From the NCBI GenBank assembly GCA_002633005.1, contig NMRA01000027.1, positions 834,637 to 898,636 of the forward strand: a DNA stretch of 64,000 nucleotides, written 5' to 3'. A program made the translations under genes and the position numbers. Every line of letters begins with the position of its first letter. The first letter of the stretch is position 1. This DNA comes from Phoronis australis. Its lineage: Eukaryota; Animalia; Phoronida. Positions 1 through 13,479 of the stretch are shown here, in pieces. The notes below the pieces were generated by a model. The model saw only the letters and a list, made by a program, of their open reading frames with translations. It searched no databases and was not told where the DNA came from.

Positions 1-759
1 ACTTAAGATCCGATCGTCTTTATAATAATTATTTGATCAGTTCGCTCAAACTCTACACGCACGCCTCCCTATTTATAGTGTCGCGATTTAAAGAAAAAGA
101 AAATATCAAAATTGAAAACAAAAGTTGTGAGATTCGCCTATTGCACTAGATAGTCCGTGGTACAAGAGTAGACATCTTTTTTTAATTTACAACACGTCTC
201 TTTTTCTTCTCGCCATTTATCTGTGTTAAATTTTTACAAGGCAGAAACATTATTGGAGATGAAACTAATAAGTAATCTGTGACGGGGATGCCGTTTACGC
301 AAAACACTTTCAAAATCATCTATCTGGAAACTACTGTACTTTGTCCAAAGTACAATAGATGCCATGTGCCAAAGAAGTGAGTTATAATAATTATTTTATT
401 AACCACTACATATTGTACATGTATGGCTTTCACACACAACTCAGCCACACGCCGTTATAACCACTACTGACTCAGTCTGTTAACTGAAAGTTCAATTAAG
501 AAATCGCGATCAGGCCCGGAAAGGTACAACGTCGATGATACTGGCTATACGTCAGATTAAAAGTAACGAATTAGTAACTTTACATATCCCACACGTACGT
601 CTATAACCCCGACCGAAATCTGATAATGAACTGTTGTACAATCATGTGCCATAGAACATTTAATCGCCTCATCATACGCTTACTTACAGTAACCCCCCAG
701 TATTTCCAGCTTTCCGAGCGAACTAAAAACAAAGCCAAGGCATAGCACAGACGCGACTT

Positions 760-895
760 AACTTCGGATTAACCGCGGTCAGACGAAGTCCGGACTTCGG
801 CTAGCCTCGGTTCAACCGCGGTTTGGAACCCGCGTCCGGACGCGGCCTAGCCGCTTTCGATAGGAAGCTGGTTTCGATCAGCACTGTACTTGGCT
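760..895. repeat. GC-rich palindrome cluster, probable DNA-transposon subterminal region (second copy ~1850-1975)
   Basis: Perfect palindromes GAAGTCCGGACTTC, CCGCGTCCGGACGCGG and AACCGCGGTT within ~130 bp. Confidence 0.45.
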
Positions 896-1486
896 TTAAA
901 ACTGTGAACACACTTACGTTTGGAATAAGTCACCTGCTTAACAAGTTTCATTTGGTCATCAATTTGTAACAATAAATGGTTTTCCGTTCACAAGAATACT
1001 ACAGTCACAGTCACAAGTTGTCAATTTCGGTTAGTGCGTTAGAATAAAATTCTGGAATGTAATATTTCATGTCACTCATGAGAGGACAGATATACCAGAT
1101 GCCTTGGGTGTTAATTTGACTGTGACCTAATTTAAATGTCCTTGGTTACAAACGGTGTTTAGAAAGGCTTTTAAAAATGGGTAGTTTCGGTATAGGGATT
1201 TCCTTGTTGGTGTGTTGTTCAGTCTCAATAAATTTCACAATTAGACGAAGAAGAACAAAAAAACAACTGTCGACTGTCACTGTGCTCTAAATATGACCAT
1301 CAACTTGGCCAAAATGTTTTGGATCTTCTTTAGCTTCTGTCCAGCATATGTTTCTGCCATCAAAGGACATAAGCCATTGTTGTCAAAACATGACTTCCTT
1401 CACACGAAACAACATTTTATAGCAAATGTGGCGTCGGCCCCAACGAAGCCGTCTGTTGAAGCATTTCTGAAACCTTTTTTTTGAAG

Positions 1487-1710
1487 TGAAAAATCTCGGG
1501 TGCAAAATTGACGTTAAAGGAGTTGACTATAACGGTGACGTCCACTACACCAAACTTGGACAAGAGTGCAGGATATGGAGTAGTCAGGAAGTTCAGAGGC
1601 AAATGTGCACGGATAAACGCTTAATGTCATCATATAACATGTGGTCAAGAGCCGTGCAACTTTCGAACTTTTGTCGAAATCCGGATAATTGGATGAATGG
1701 TCCCTGGTGT
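1487..1710 (+). other. Partial near-identical copy of K1, truncated at the N at 1711 (probable allelic/assembly duplicate)
   Basis: Same peptide as K1 up to PWC, then N. Lies inside the 619-1710 / 1712-2804 duplication. Confidence 0.8.
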
Positions 1711-2580
1711 NTCTGATAATGAACTGTTGTACAATGTGCCATAGAACATTTAATCGCCTCATCATACGCTTACTTACAGTAACCCCCCAGTATTTCCAGC
1801 TTTCCGAGCGAGCTAAAAACAAAGCCAAGGCATAGCACGGACGCGACTAAACTTCGGATTAACCGCGGTCAGACGAAGTCCGGACTTCGGCTGGCCTCGG
1901 TTCAACTGCGGTTTGGAACCCGCGTCCGGACGCGGCCTAGCCGCGTTCGATAGGAAGCTGGTTTCGATCAGCACTGTACTTGGCTTTAAAACTGTGAACA
2001 CACTTACGTTTGGAATAAGTCACCTGCTTAACAAGTTTTATTTGGTCATCAATTTGTAACAATATATGGTTTTCCGTTCACAAGAATACTACAGTCACAG
2101 TCACAAGTTGTCAATTTCGGTTTGTGCGTTAGAATAAAATTCTGGAATGTAAGATTTCATGTCACTCATGAGAGGACAGATATACCAGATGCCTTGGGTG
2201 TTAATTTGACTGTGACCTAATTTAAATGTCCTTGGTTACAAACGGTGTTTAGAAACGCTTTTAAAAATGGGTAGTTTCGGTATACGGATTTCCTTGTTGC
2301 TGTGTTGTTCAGTCTCAATAAATTTCACAATTAGACGAAGAAGAACAAAAAAAAACAACTTTCGACTGTCACTGTGCTCTAAATATGACCATCAACTTGG
2401 CGGAAATGTTTTGGATCTTCTTTAGCTTCTGTCCAGCATATGTTTCTGCCATCAAAGGACATAAGCCATTGTTGTCAAAACATGACTTCCTTCACACGAA
2501 ACAACATTTTATAGCAAATGTGGCGTCGGCCACAAGGAAGCCGTCTGTTGAAGCATTTCTGAAACCTTTTTTTTTTGAAG

Positions 2581-2862
2581 TGAAAAATCTCGGGTGCAAA
2601 ATTGACGTTAAAGGAGTTGACTATAACGGTGACGTCCACTACACCAAACTTGGACAAGAGTGCAGGATATGGAGTAGTCAGGAAGTTCAGAGGCAAATGT
2701 GCACAGATAAACGCTTAATGTCATCATATAACATGTGGTCAAGAGCCGTGCAACTTTCGAACTTTTGTCGAAATCCGGATAATTGGATGAATGGTCCCTG
2801 GTGTTACATAGAAATACATGGGGTACTTGAACGGCGTGTCTGTGGCATCAAAATTTGTAACG
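2581..2862 (+). CDS. Kringle-domain exon K1 (internal, 282 nt, phase 1-1)
   Basis: Poly-T tract then gaag|TG AAA AAT CTC GGG TGC ... TGT AAC G|gtaagt. Translates KNLGCKIDVKGVDYNG...GQECRIW...NFCRNPDNWMNGPWCY...VCGIKICN, with the six kringle Cys and the YxG, CxxW, CRNPD and PWCY motifs. Confidence 0.92.
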
Positions 2863-5800
2863 GTAAGTACTAGCACAGCAAACATTCATATTTTGAAGCT
2901 CAGTGGTTGTGCAGTTTCATTACATATACATCAGAAACAGCATTTGGTATTATTCTGCTGACGTGGATCCTTGGCATATTTCACTTTGATGTACGACTAA
3001 AAGATATGTAAAGATACTCCTAATGTCAAAGAAACACCTCCTGCGTCTGTTGTATACCCATCAATTTGATTTATACTGTACGAACACGTTGCCCAGCAAC
3101 AAAACAGGCTCGTACGATACCATGTTCTTCCACATTAGTGTGGCGTAACCGTGCATATTTCTACATTGAGTAACATCAGCATGTGTAGAAAATTGGTGCA
3201 AAATCATGTTCCGAAAATACATATTTAGAAGAACACTTGATTTGTTTAGATATTTTCTCTTGTTTGAAACCAGCGTGTGTGAAAAAACATTGAAATATTT
3301 TGACACTAAATTTCAAATTCCCTTAAGATTCAAATTTGATTTTAACACTGTACCAGTGTTTGTAAGAACAAATGTGAAACTTTATGTCTGCCCGGCTATA
3401 GTCCATTATTTTGCCTTATTGAGCAAACAAATCTCGTGAAAATTCAGCGAAATTTTGCCAATTTTTATCATTTTTATACCAGGCAGTAGAAAATTAAAAA
3501 GCAAACCAACGAATTGTATAAGGTTTATCGTTTCTATTGATATCCTTTACAACAAATTGGGGCTTTGACGAACATTTTTAAAAATTGAAGAAATGCAAGC
3601 ACTCCAAAAAATTTTCACACATCGGTAAGTTCTCGTAACTTACACAAAAGATCAAAACTACAACTTGTAAATGGCCACTACTGAATTGATTTTAACAATG
3701 TTGATATCAAATCGATTGCTCTCCCACGTAAATACCCTTAATTATGTCCTTATCCATTCTTCATTTATTTTTAAATTTTCTCACCATTTCCGTATATGAA
3801 AACTTCTGAACTAAACCATTTTCAAGAGCCACGTTGACCTTTCCAGTTTTCAAAACTGATGAATCAAATTAACTTAAGAGAACCAATCATTTTCTTTTTG
3901 AATTAAAACAGTGGCCCATTTTGGTGAAATGGTCTCGTTAAAATGCCACAGAGTATTTCTCAAATTCAATTAAACTTTTTTTCTCTAGTTTATTCAAAAT
4001 TGTTCTTGTTACACATTTTCTACCCCGTGGTGGCTCATTTTCATGTTTAGAAGATAAATTTATTGTTCAGTCAATACTGCTTAGCATCAAAATATTTTAG
4101 AATACATGTACGAATATGCTGTTTTTGGTTAGTCACCAACATAACACCTCTCAAATCCTATATTATTTCATAGGAATGGAATTGATTGATGACGTTTAAA
4201 TTTTAGTATGCAATTTAATTTTGTTTAATTGAAAATTTAAATTATCACTTTAATCACATACTGTGAAGACATTAATCTCACTTCGGAGAAAGCATAATTC
4301 AAATTACTTCACTGCTTAGTAATTAGGTAACAAAATACTCCTAAAAAGAATGATTTTCTGGTTTTTGCTCTTTTTAAATTCACTTGTTATCCAATTTTCC
4401 TTTTTAGAACTGTTTTAAAATCCTTTGGAACAAAACAAACATTTTCACAATCCGCAGTATTTTTTGTGATTTTCAGGGTAAAAAGTCGATCTTTGTTCAA
4501 TTTAGCATTAGGGACAAAAATATCCTGTCACAAGTCGATGGTGATTTTTTCAATTGACTTCTCGTTGTTAGTAAAAAATATAATAATTCATCTTTGGGTG
4601 TCGACGCCATGTTGTTAACATATTCTACAGGACACTCCATATTGGCTTAGGAACACAGTAAGCTATATATATAACACTGGTTGTTGGCTAAAAAGTCATT
4701 TTTCGTGTTCTAAGTTTTGAATAATTAAAAAAAACACCCAACCTATTAAAAAATCAAAAAACTGGTTGTATAAATTATGTCTATCAAGTAACAATTTAGG
4801 ACTATTTTCGAGAGTTTAATATGAAATTGGTATTTTGCTTGGCACACGCCCCTTACAAGAATGAACTTAAGTTTTCACTGACAAAATTACTCAGGAATCA
4901 ACTTATCCCGTAAATCAACATATCGAATACAGTTTGTAAAAATGGAACCCGTCATTAGCCAAAGGAATTCCATTTTTTTGCAAATCACACTGGACATTTC
5001 TAATATTTTCGTTTAACCAACATTTGACTTATATTATAAAGTAATTAAGATAAAATGGGAATCTTCCCAATTCTCCGAGAAATGCATAATTTGAAGTATT
5101 ATAACTGACTCTTAACATATCTTTACAAAAGGTTACCTGCACATTCTCATTGGCTTTATAGGGCTGATAGCTCCACACTTCTTTCATACATCTATATTAC
5201 GTGACAAGCCACTAAATCGGCTTGATGTGCATCTGCTCCCTTAGCTACATAGGCAAATAATCTTTGTTCTGCGACTACGAACACGCGCGTCTGAGATCAA
5301 ATAACAGAATTCATAGGTTTGTGAACTGATGTTCATAAGTGCGTACGATGTGTTGTCTGAGTATCCGTCCCTATCCACACTCTGCTATAATGACACCAAA
5401 ATTGAATAGCAGCTGGCAAAATATATCAGTGTAAAAAAGTCAACTTGCTGGATACATATTGCACTATTTATACAATATAAATTTTTAAACCAGGTATGCA
5501 CTTACTGACGTTAATGACAGATCCTAAAAAATAGTCTTTGAACTCAAGTTAACCAATCAATCCTCAGGATTCAAGTAAAAGTGTGCAAGTTTACTCCAAG
5601 CATGTGCAGCAATGGGTCGGTTTTCCAGTTGTTTTTAAACGGAGTTTGAATCCTAAATTCAATGCTAAGACATGCAGTATTAATTTATTCCACATGACTT
5701 GAGTGCAAATATGCACACGATAACCTACGCTTTACCATCCAATCGCAATCTACAACAAAGTATGCATATAACAAAACTGAATGTGCTAATAAAGCTGAAC

Positions 5801-8635
5801 TTCAGGCTAACCATACAACTTATATGGATTCTGTAACATTTCATTTAAAGCTGTATAATAATCTCAACTGGATAACAATATTGAAACAAGTGAATTATAT
5901 CCCAGCAATTACCAAGTGTTCAGAAAAGATGGTGACAAAATGGAAATGTCTTTTATTGCTGTACTAAATACTTTCACTTGCTACATGTAGATTAGTCTGG
6001 CAGTGTTCATTCGTGATACCTGGACTCACGGTGAATATTTTTCAACTGGAATCATGCGGTTACATCTTGGATTGATCTAGCTCAAGTTTTTTACCTTGTT
6101 TATGACCGTTTGGCTGATATTCCCCATCACTGAAAGTGTCTAGCAGTGATCAATTTTGATACAGTGGACTATTTAGTAGGTATACAAGGCAGTTTGATGT
6201 GGTTACCATAAAAGTTGATCTAGCTAAATTTACGAGTGTCATTCTCTTGGCTCCCCTGACCACACTAACGAGAGTGAACCTGCCACACGACTATTGCCAA
6301 GCATCAGGATACCCATAGATCACTGTGGCACCTTTTAATGACCAAAAAAGCTCTATGATCACGGACTATGTATAATAATACGCTAGTTTCGAACCCATAT
6401 GTTGTTGGCAACTGCCGTTCAACTCCGTCGGACAAAAACTTCTCGAGAGCAAAGACGCCTTCTTCTCGATTGTTCCCGGGACGAAAAAGCACCGGGTTTC
6501 GTGGCCGCAAATCCTAGGCGTGTTTTTTTTTTCTTTGTCTTAATGAGTCGTGACCTCAATTGATCCTGCAAATGCGCTACTTTCTTGAAGCAAAACCCAA
6601 TTCGGGAGTATTCTTCAGCGGCCTGCTTTTACCGTTTACGCCGCGAGTTCAGTATCCGGCTAGAGAATGCAAGGAAACCACCTTCAACTTAAAATAATTT
6701 TCTAGAATTCAGGTGAAGCAAATCGGCGGCCTCGATATTTTATGCAGACCCATTCACCGCCGCGTAGTCGTTATCTGCTTGCTGTGGCAGCGTGCTGAGA
6801 CCTACTAAGAAACCATGGTGACGAGTTCAGTGTTTCTCCCTTGTTCGTCCCGTTAAAAGTACTTTGATATTAGAGGTAAGTGACCAAGTTCTCAATGATT
6901 TTCCAGTCTTTAGTGCAGTTCCTAAGATACATGTAAACCCACTTGTTTTCCATGTTTTATGAAAAGCGAACCGGGACCCATCCTGTCAACGTTTTCTTTT
7001 GTCTGAGATGTAAGTTTACAACTACCAGCGCACAGAGTAAACGGTTCAAAAGTTTTGCGTTTCCCGTTAAAGCCATTCATTTTGGCATTATGTCCTGATG
7101 TGGAATCAGTTCTGTTGCGGAATATTACAGACACATGCAATCACACCACATTTTTATATTTTGGGTTAAAGTGAACTGTAAACCAAGACAATTTCCAGTG
7201 TTCGAGGTTTCCAGCATCAGGCCAGGTGTTAACCCAGTAAACATGAATTTTATTTGCACAGTACTGGGTATGCCAATTGTGTGTAAACACGCAGCAAACC
7301 CGATGTTCTTGAGACTTTTGAAACAGATTGTGAAGTATTTTTTGAGTCTTAAAATGGTAACGAAATGGACATTTTGGGAAGAAAGGGAATGAATAATGAG
7401 TCACTTTTGAAAATAGTTATTACAACGAAATGAAGTCCTACATCCGGCTATAACACTTGTTTTGACAAAGTATGAAGCAATTATATATCTTGCAGGGTAT
7501 GCCTTTCAATTAAGTTATTGTTGGAATGGTAAACATATAGGTTATCCCACATAGATATGAATACTACTGCCATAACCTATCTACGATTCATTTTATCTGG
7601 CATACATATGACGTCATACAATAACAGCCGGATCAAACGGTATTGCCACGATACTGCAAAAAAGCCAATAAATAATACATATATTGTATGTATCCATAAC
7701 GAAACGTTGTCGTTGGATGACCCAGATGAAATGACTTCGAGAAAAGGTATCGCATTGTTTTCCTGCAATCTATTTATCCCATAACTTTGCATTTATTTGC
7801 ACTATCGTGGCCAATACCTTATTGCACCGAAAAGCCTTCCATGAGTTCTGTAACGCTAGAACTTCACTGAAAAGCAAGACTTCACAAACTTATGTGAGAC
7901 TTTGCCGTTAATTTTAAATGAGAAGTTGTGATTTTGGCTATTTTTGTGAGGTCCTAGCATTACTGAACTCTACCCTGTGGAAACCACTGATGTATCAAAA
8001 TGTCTCCCAAGTAGATTTGATCGTGGTTTTTCTTTTCTCTTTAACAGGTACCCGTTACTACGAAAAAACTACACAAGATTGGAAATGCCTTTTTGTAAAT
8101 AATTATTTAAAAATCTTGATTACTTTTTGAAAACTTCATCTTTATTATTGGAAGAGAGGGAGCAAAGAATTTTATTGGGCGAAGGTGGCTATACAGCATA
8201 CTAAGTTTAGTTCTCCATTAACCCAATCGAACGTCATTTGAATATCAGCGTGCTATATCAGGTATTGCACAGGATACGTTGAAAGGGGCGTGTGGTTAGA
8301 CTTCATTTGCTGGAAGAAAACACAGTGTGAGAGCAGCGTTCGAAACACACGTGGTGTCCCGGGGCCAGTGGACTTAACGGTAAACTTTCACACAAAGGCC
8401 CTATATGGATGTGGTTTCATACTCAAGTAATTGACCCAGTGGACCATCAAATTTATTTCATGGATGCCAAACACTCAGTGAAAAGTGTTCAACAGAAGCT
8501 GCTCTACTATGATGGAGATAGCAGCAGGATAATTTGATTGAGGACTTTTTTCACTGCAGCTAAACACGTGAAACCTACATTCATGAAAATAGTGTACGTA
8601 TTGTGACGGGACGTTCGTAACTTTACGCTTATTGT

Positions 8636-9287
8636 GGTTCAATAAGTTCGGTATTCCGGACAGGATTCATAGCGATCAGGGTCGCAATTTTGAAAGAGAT
8701 CTGAGTTGTGTAAATTATATGACATTCAGAAATCCCGTACAACCCCATATCACCCTGAGGGAAGTTCACAGTGTGAGCGTTTTAATCGCACATTGCATAA
8801 TCTGTTGAAAACTTTGCCAATGGATCATAAGCGTAAATGGCCGGAGTATGTACATGGTCTGGTGATGTCGTATAATTCTACTCCACACAGCACTACTAAG
8901 TACTCTCCGTTTTTCTTGTTCTTTGGCAGGGAACCGAAATTTCCTTCGGATTTTCTCCTGCGGTTTGATGCAACAAATGTGGCAGATGGTTGCACAGATG
9001 AGTATGTAAAGTTAAGAGCAGATAAAATGAAAGACGCTTGGCAGCGTGCTCGGTATTTTACCGACACTTCGAATGATAGAAATAAAGCTAGAAATGATAC
9101 CCGTGTGTTCGCCCAATCACTTCCGGTTGGTGCAACGGTATTTCTGAGAGACCACAGTATCATAGGAAGGAATAAAATTCAGAATGCATTTGGTTCAGTT
9201 CCTTATCATATTGTCTCTCGGAGAAATAATGTGTATTCTGTGCGGGCGGCAGATGGTGCCGGACCGGTTAAAACTGTAAATAGGTAG
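8636..9287 (+). pseudogene. Gypsy integrase core/C-terminal fragment (frameshifted)
   Basis: FNKFGIPDRIHSDQGRNFE, then a frameshift to LCKLYDIQKSRTTPYHPEGSSQCERFNRTL...YNSTPHSTTKYSPFFLFFGREP, which are rve-type motifs. Confidence 0.92.
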
Positions 9288-9500
9288 GAGATCTTGGATG
9301 GTAGGGACTTGGTAGGTCTCTAGTACTTTGAGTTTTGCTGCTGTTGCTAGCGCGCCAGGCGTTGCCGTGCTGAAAGTGGAATGTGCGTTGTGATGTCTGT
9401 AGCCAGTACGAGGAGACTGAATGATTCCCATTTCACTGCCCTTTGTTTTCATATTGTATGTTAATGATGTCGGGACGACATTTTTTGTTAGGGGGGAAAA

Positions 9501-9861
9501 TGTGACGGGACGTTCGTAACTTTACGCTTATTGTTATTCTTATTTAGTTGCAAATGTTCAGTTATTCTTATGCTAATGTCTTTGTTGCGTCTCAGTGCGC
9601 CTTGTTACGTGGGCATGTGGGCGCGACTGTATGTGTCGGGCACTTCGCTAGCGACAGGCTTAGGAGAAGGGTGTTTCCTTCTTTTTGCTTTCATGGAAAG
9701 TTGATCGTTGACATGTGCAAATTGAACTGAAAAGAATGCCTGATGAGAGAAAATACATATTTTGAGGTTCAGTGGAGACTTGCTCTGTTACAGTATGATT
9801 TATATGTATGGTAATAACGACACAACAAGTGGATCTATTTCGTGGTATTACCGCCATCACA
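9501..9861 (+). repeat. 3' LTR (~361 bp) of the Gypsy element
   Basis: TG...CA ends with an imperfect terminal inverted repeat (TGTGACGG / CCATCACA), preceded by the PPT. Confidence 0.75.
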
Positions 9862-12800
9862 TTTGTGTGAGATTCAGCAAAAATAAAATCGATCAGGAAA
9901 AAAATGAATGACCATAGCAGATAATACTTAAAAGCACTGATAACAGCACAGATTTTACGTGATATTTTTATTTAATAACGCAAGCATGAACTCATGCCTG
10001 GCTCACGCCTGGCTCACGGTGCGCTCACGCTTCGCTCACGCCTAAGTCACAATAAGTTCCGGGCACAGCTACGCTTCCCCTCACGCCAACCGCCACGATG
10101 GGATCAAGCCTCACTCTCCGGTGTGTCTCCGGTTACGGTCACACCTAGCCAGACAGGAGACAGCCCGGACGAAGTGTAATAAATCAGTGGCTTCTTCAGT
10201 TTCATATTATTTTTACGTGTTTAGAAACGAAACTCCATTCCCCCAAATATCAAAATTCAAAAAATCGGGCTATTGATGAGCTTATGTAACGTTAGCCATT
10301 TTTGTGACTGTTTACATTTTCGACAACATTGTGCAGGCGCAGCATCGTACAACATACGTGTAAGCAACACTTAGTGAAAAGGTAACGTCACAGTCAGTTC
10401 TATGTCAACACACAGCAAAATTGTCAACTGGTATTAGTGAGATTTTGTAATGGATTGCTAAGCATTTTCAGGTTATAATAATGGTAACCTAATAGGCATT
10501 TTAGTACGAAATGGAACGAATAAAAAGCTTTTGAAAGTTTTTATTACCAGAAACTGAAGTCCCATAACCTTGCTGTAATAGATATCTTGACAAAAGATGA
10601 AACAGTTAGTCTTTCATATGTGTTAAATTAGTCGAGCGCAATACGGCCATGTGTTATTGTTTTCCGTATTCACTCCCTGCACTACTTGTACAGTGCCGCC
10701 TGTCAGAGAAAAATCATAGATGATGTGTTCCGACACACGAACAGTCTGAGCGAAGTACATCTACCTAAAATATTGCCTAAAAACCGATAGTGACTTAAAA
10801 TTTCGGTACGCCGAATAATGTTTTCTGATATATTATTTCATCTAGGCCAATCTAGGTAAGTTTTGTGTGTATATATCTTAGAGATTATGCATTTCAAATA
10901 AGTTTCTTGTTGGAATGATATAGTGTCTCTTTCGGTAATTCTTCAATGTCTAAAGTTTTATAAATGATAAACACTTTTATTGATTTATTTCTACTTTAAC
11001 AAAAAATTCCTTCATCTGTTTACCGAATTTTTACACTTTGTTGTCATTGTGGAAAATTATACGCGGAGTCCGCTAGTTTGCACTCCAACATATACTACGA
11101 TAGCGTTGCTTTATTTCAAGGGATATGATCAAGGAGCACAGCAGTGCCAATGCAAGGTTCATATTAAAAGCGACAGGCACCAGGCGTTTAATTGCTGACG
11201 AAAGGGATGGTGGGCGAAGACTACGTGAAACCGTAAAAATTACCACCAAATTCATGAACGAGCCTGAGACAATTTTGTAAAACTTGTTAGCTATTGGTTG
11301 CTTAAATTTCACGTAGATGCTTTATCTTTGCGTACTCATCTGTGTAAATATTTTGCCTGAGTTCGTTTCATATTAACAAAATGAATAAAGAACAAGAGCA
11401 TTTTTCTTGTAAGTCACAAGAGTACGTGCAATAGGATTGAAATGACCAACAAATCGAATTGTCGTAGGAAATAAAAGCCTGGCTTATTAAAAGAAGCAAA
11501 CCTGCTGTTCGCAAACAGTAATATTCCTGCGTTGAATCTGTAAAGGGGTCATTAATGGTCCAATACTTGCAAAGGAATGGCCCACCTCTGCACCAACGGC
11601 ATTAGTATACCGGCTAAATATTGATACAACAGCGTGAAAATACTGGTCCTTTATGGAGCGGAAACCGTTTGTGCTGTATTTGCCTAGCGACAGCCTGGCA
11701 CTTGGCCTTTATTGGTCCGGTATAACAATCCTCTACTAGCCCATTACCAAGCGCGTGTGCAAAATGTTATTGGGCCGGTACTGGGCTACATTATTTGGTA
11801 AATGCAGAAGACAGTACAGGGTCAATGTTGACCCATTACCTGCATGTTTGCTGGGATTCCGTCAGCTCCAATTGGTAATAACATTTTGCGACCAGGTGTT
11901 GCTGAGTGCGTCCGTTTCTCTCCGAGTGAAGAGAAAGATTCGTTTTTCCATCTGGTCCAAAGGCCTGTATACAGGTTATGCAAACACCTCGCTCATATCA
12001 TCATGAAGCCTTGTATAGTAAACTCTGGATATGTAATTTCCTCAAGTTCTGTAAATACACGTTCATTCGTCAATCGATCAGAAATGATGGGGTGGTTGCG
12101 TTTGTTTCGCCATTAAGTGTTGATACATATATTATTTTCAGCTATTAATCACAGATTACATTTCTGTCAGAACAGCGACAAGTTCGTCCATTGTTACACT
12201 TAATTTCCGAAACACTGTCTTCATTCTCGATTCCGTTACACCGATTAAGTTTTCAGAAAAGCCACCAAAGCATGGAGCTGGTTTTTGGGGATAGATGTCA
12301 ATTTTATAGATTTCTTGAACGAAAACTTTCCACCAATTAACTTGAAATTCTTAATGGTTACCGCCGATAATAGAAACTTCAAAGGTGGGCTCATTACCTG
12401 ACCTGAGAGAGATTTTCCACTACAAAATTTTATTGAACCTCTCAGAAAGGAACCGCGGCCTTATTTTTAACTAATTTGATGTGACAACTTCTAGTTACTG
12501 CATAGGTGAACAACAAAACAAAACATGTGTTTGGTGTTGATCCGTCTGCGCGATTTTGACAAGAGATAGAACCTGCGTAATCAACTCCAGCATAGATTAT
12601 ATGACTCCAGCAACTGTGAATAGAGGCCCGTCTTCCAGTCTCTACTGCGGTAGTGGCGGATCCAATATGTCGATTTTATCCGGTTTTAACTTCTTGTTTG
12701 AGTAATTGTAGACGAAGTTACAGCTACAACTTCCTATTTGAAATGAGCTTTTCTCAATTGAATGAGTGTTGAATTAATTGAATAATTTGCCAGCCAATCC

Positions 12801-13197
12801 CATACTTACGATTACATCAATTGGTGTGTTCTTTTGATAAGTCTCTCAGGAAGTTCACACGCAGAAACTACATTCAAGTCGTTACAGAACTATAACTTAC
12901 ATGTGCGCCGTTTCAATTTCACTAAACACGTGTTCGGAAGTTATTGATTGAGAGCCACGCTGCCGCTTCAAGTGAGATTAGATAAATCCTTTGTGCAGCA
13001 TTCTGTAGGGTCTTTTTTAGCTTCAGTCCAACATTTCTTCTTGTCATTGGAGGATAGGAGCCACAGTGGTGAACACATGACTTCCCGCCCATGGAACGAC
13101 TTAATATCTCACCAGTGGCATCAGCCAAAACGAGGCTGCCTGGTGTAGCATTTCTGAAACCTTTGTCAAACATAGTACCAGGTTTTTTTCCTTGCAG

Positions 13198-13479
13198 AGA
13201 AAAACCTCAGATGCAAAGTTGACCTGAAAGGACTTGACTATGACGGTGACGTTCACTACGCCAAGAGCGGAGAAAAGTGCAGGGTATGGGGTAGTCCGGA
13301 AGTTCAGAGGCACATGTCAACAAAAAAAAGTTTATTGGATTCATATAAGATGTGGTCAAGTGCCGTGCAACTTTCGAACTTTTGTCGAAACCCAGATGGT
13401 TCCGAGGTGGGTCCTTGGTGTTACATAGAGGCAGAGGATGTACCTTCGTGGCGTACTTGTGGCATCAAATTTTGTGACG
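13198..13479 (+). CDS. Kringle-domain exon K2 (282 nt, phase 1-1; missed by the ORF track)
   Basis: tttttttccttgcag|AG AAA AAC CTC AGA TGC ... TGT GAC G|gtaagt. Open frame KNLRCKVDLKGLDYDGDVHYAKSGEKCRVWGSPEVQRHMSTKKSLLDSYKMWSSAVQLSNFCRNPDGSEVGPWCYIEAEDVPSWRTCGIKFCD. Confidence 0.93.

Larger units (their letters stand above)
619..2804. repeat. ~1.09-kb tandem duplication across a single N (619-1710 vs 1712-2804)
   Basis: Both copies start tctgataatgaactgttgtacaa and end ggtccctggtgt. They differ by scattered SNPs and small indels, and the N is exactly at the junction. Confidence 0.9.
8602..9861 (+). mobile_element. Internally deleted Ty3/Gypsy LTR retrotransposon (5' LTR stub + integrase + PPT + 3' LTR)
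   Basis: tgtgacgggacgttcgtaactttacgcttattgt occurs at 8602 and 9501. A polypurine tract aggggggaaaa precedes 9501. The LTR ends ...ccatcaca at 9861 (TGTGA...TCACA). No TSD seen. Confidence 0.88.

Noticed and set aside
1487-1710. A fifth independent kringle paralog
   Set aside because: Near-identical to K1 including 0.9 kb of flank and cut exactly at an N, so most likely the other haplotype.
2385-2873. Single-exon secreted kringle gene starting MTINLAEMFWIFFSFCPAYVSA
   Set aside because: The upstream part is homologous to the intron before K2. The poly-T before the exon is 8 vs 10 nt in the two copies, a frameshift if coding. The 282-nt AG/GT boundaries match the other kringle exons.
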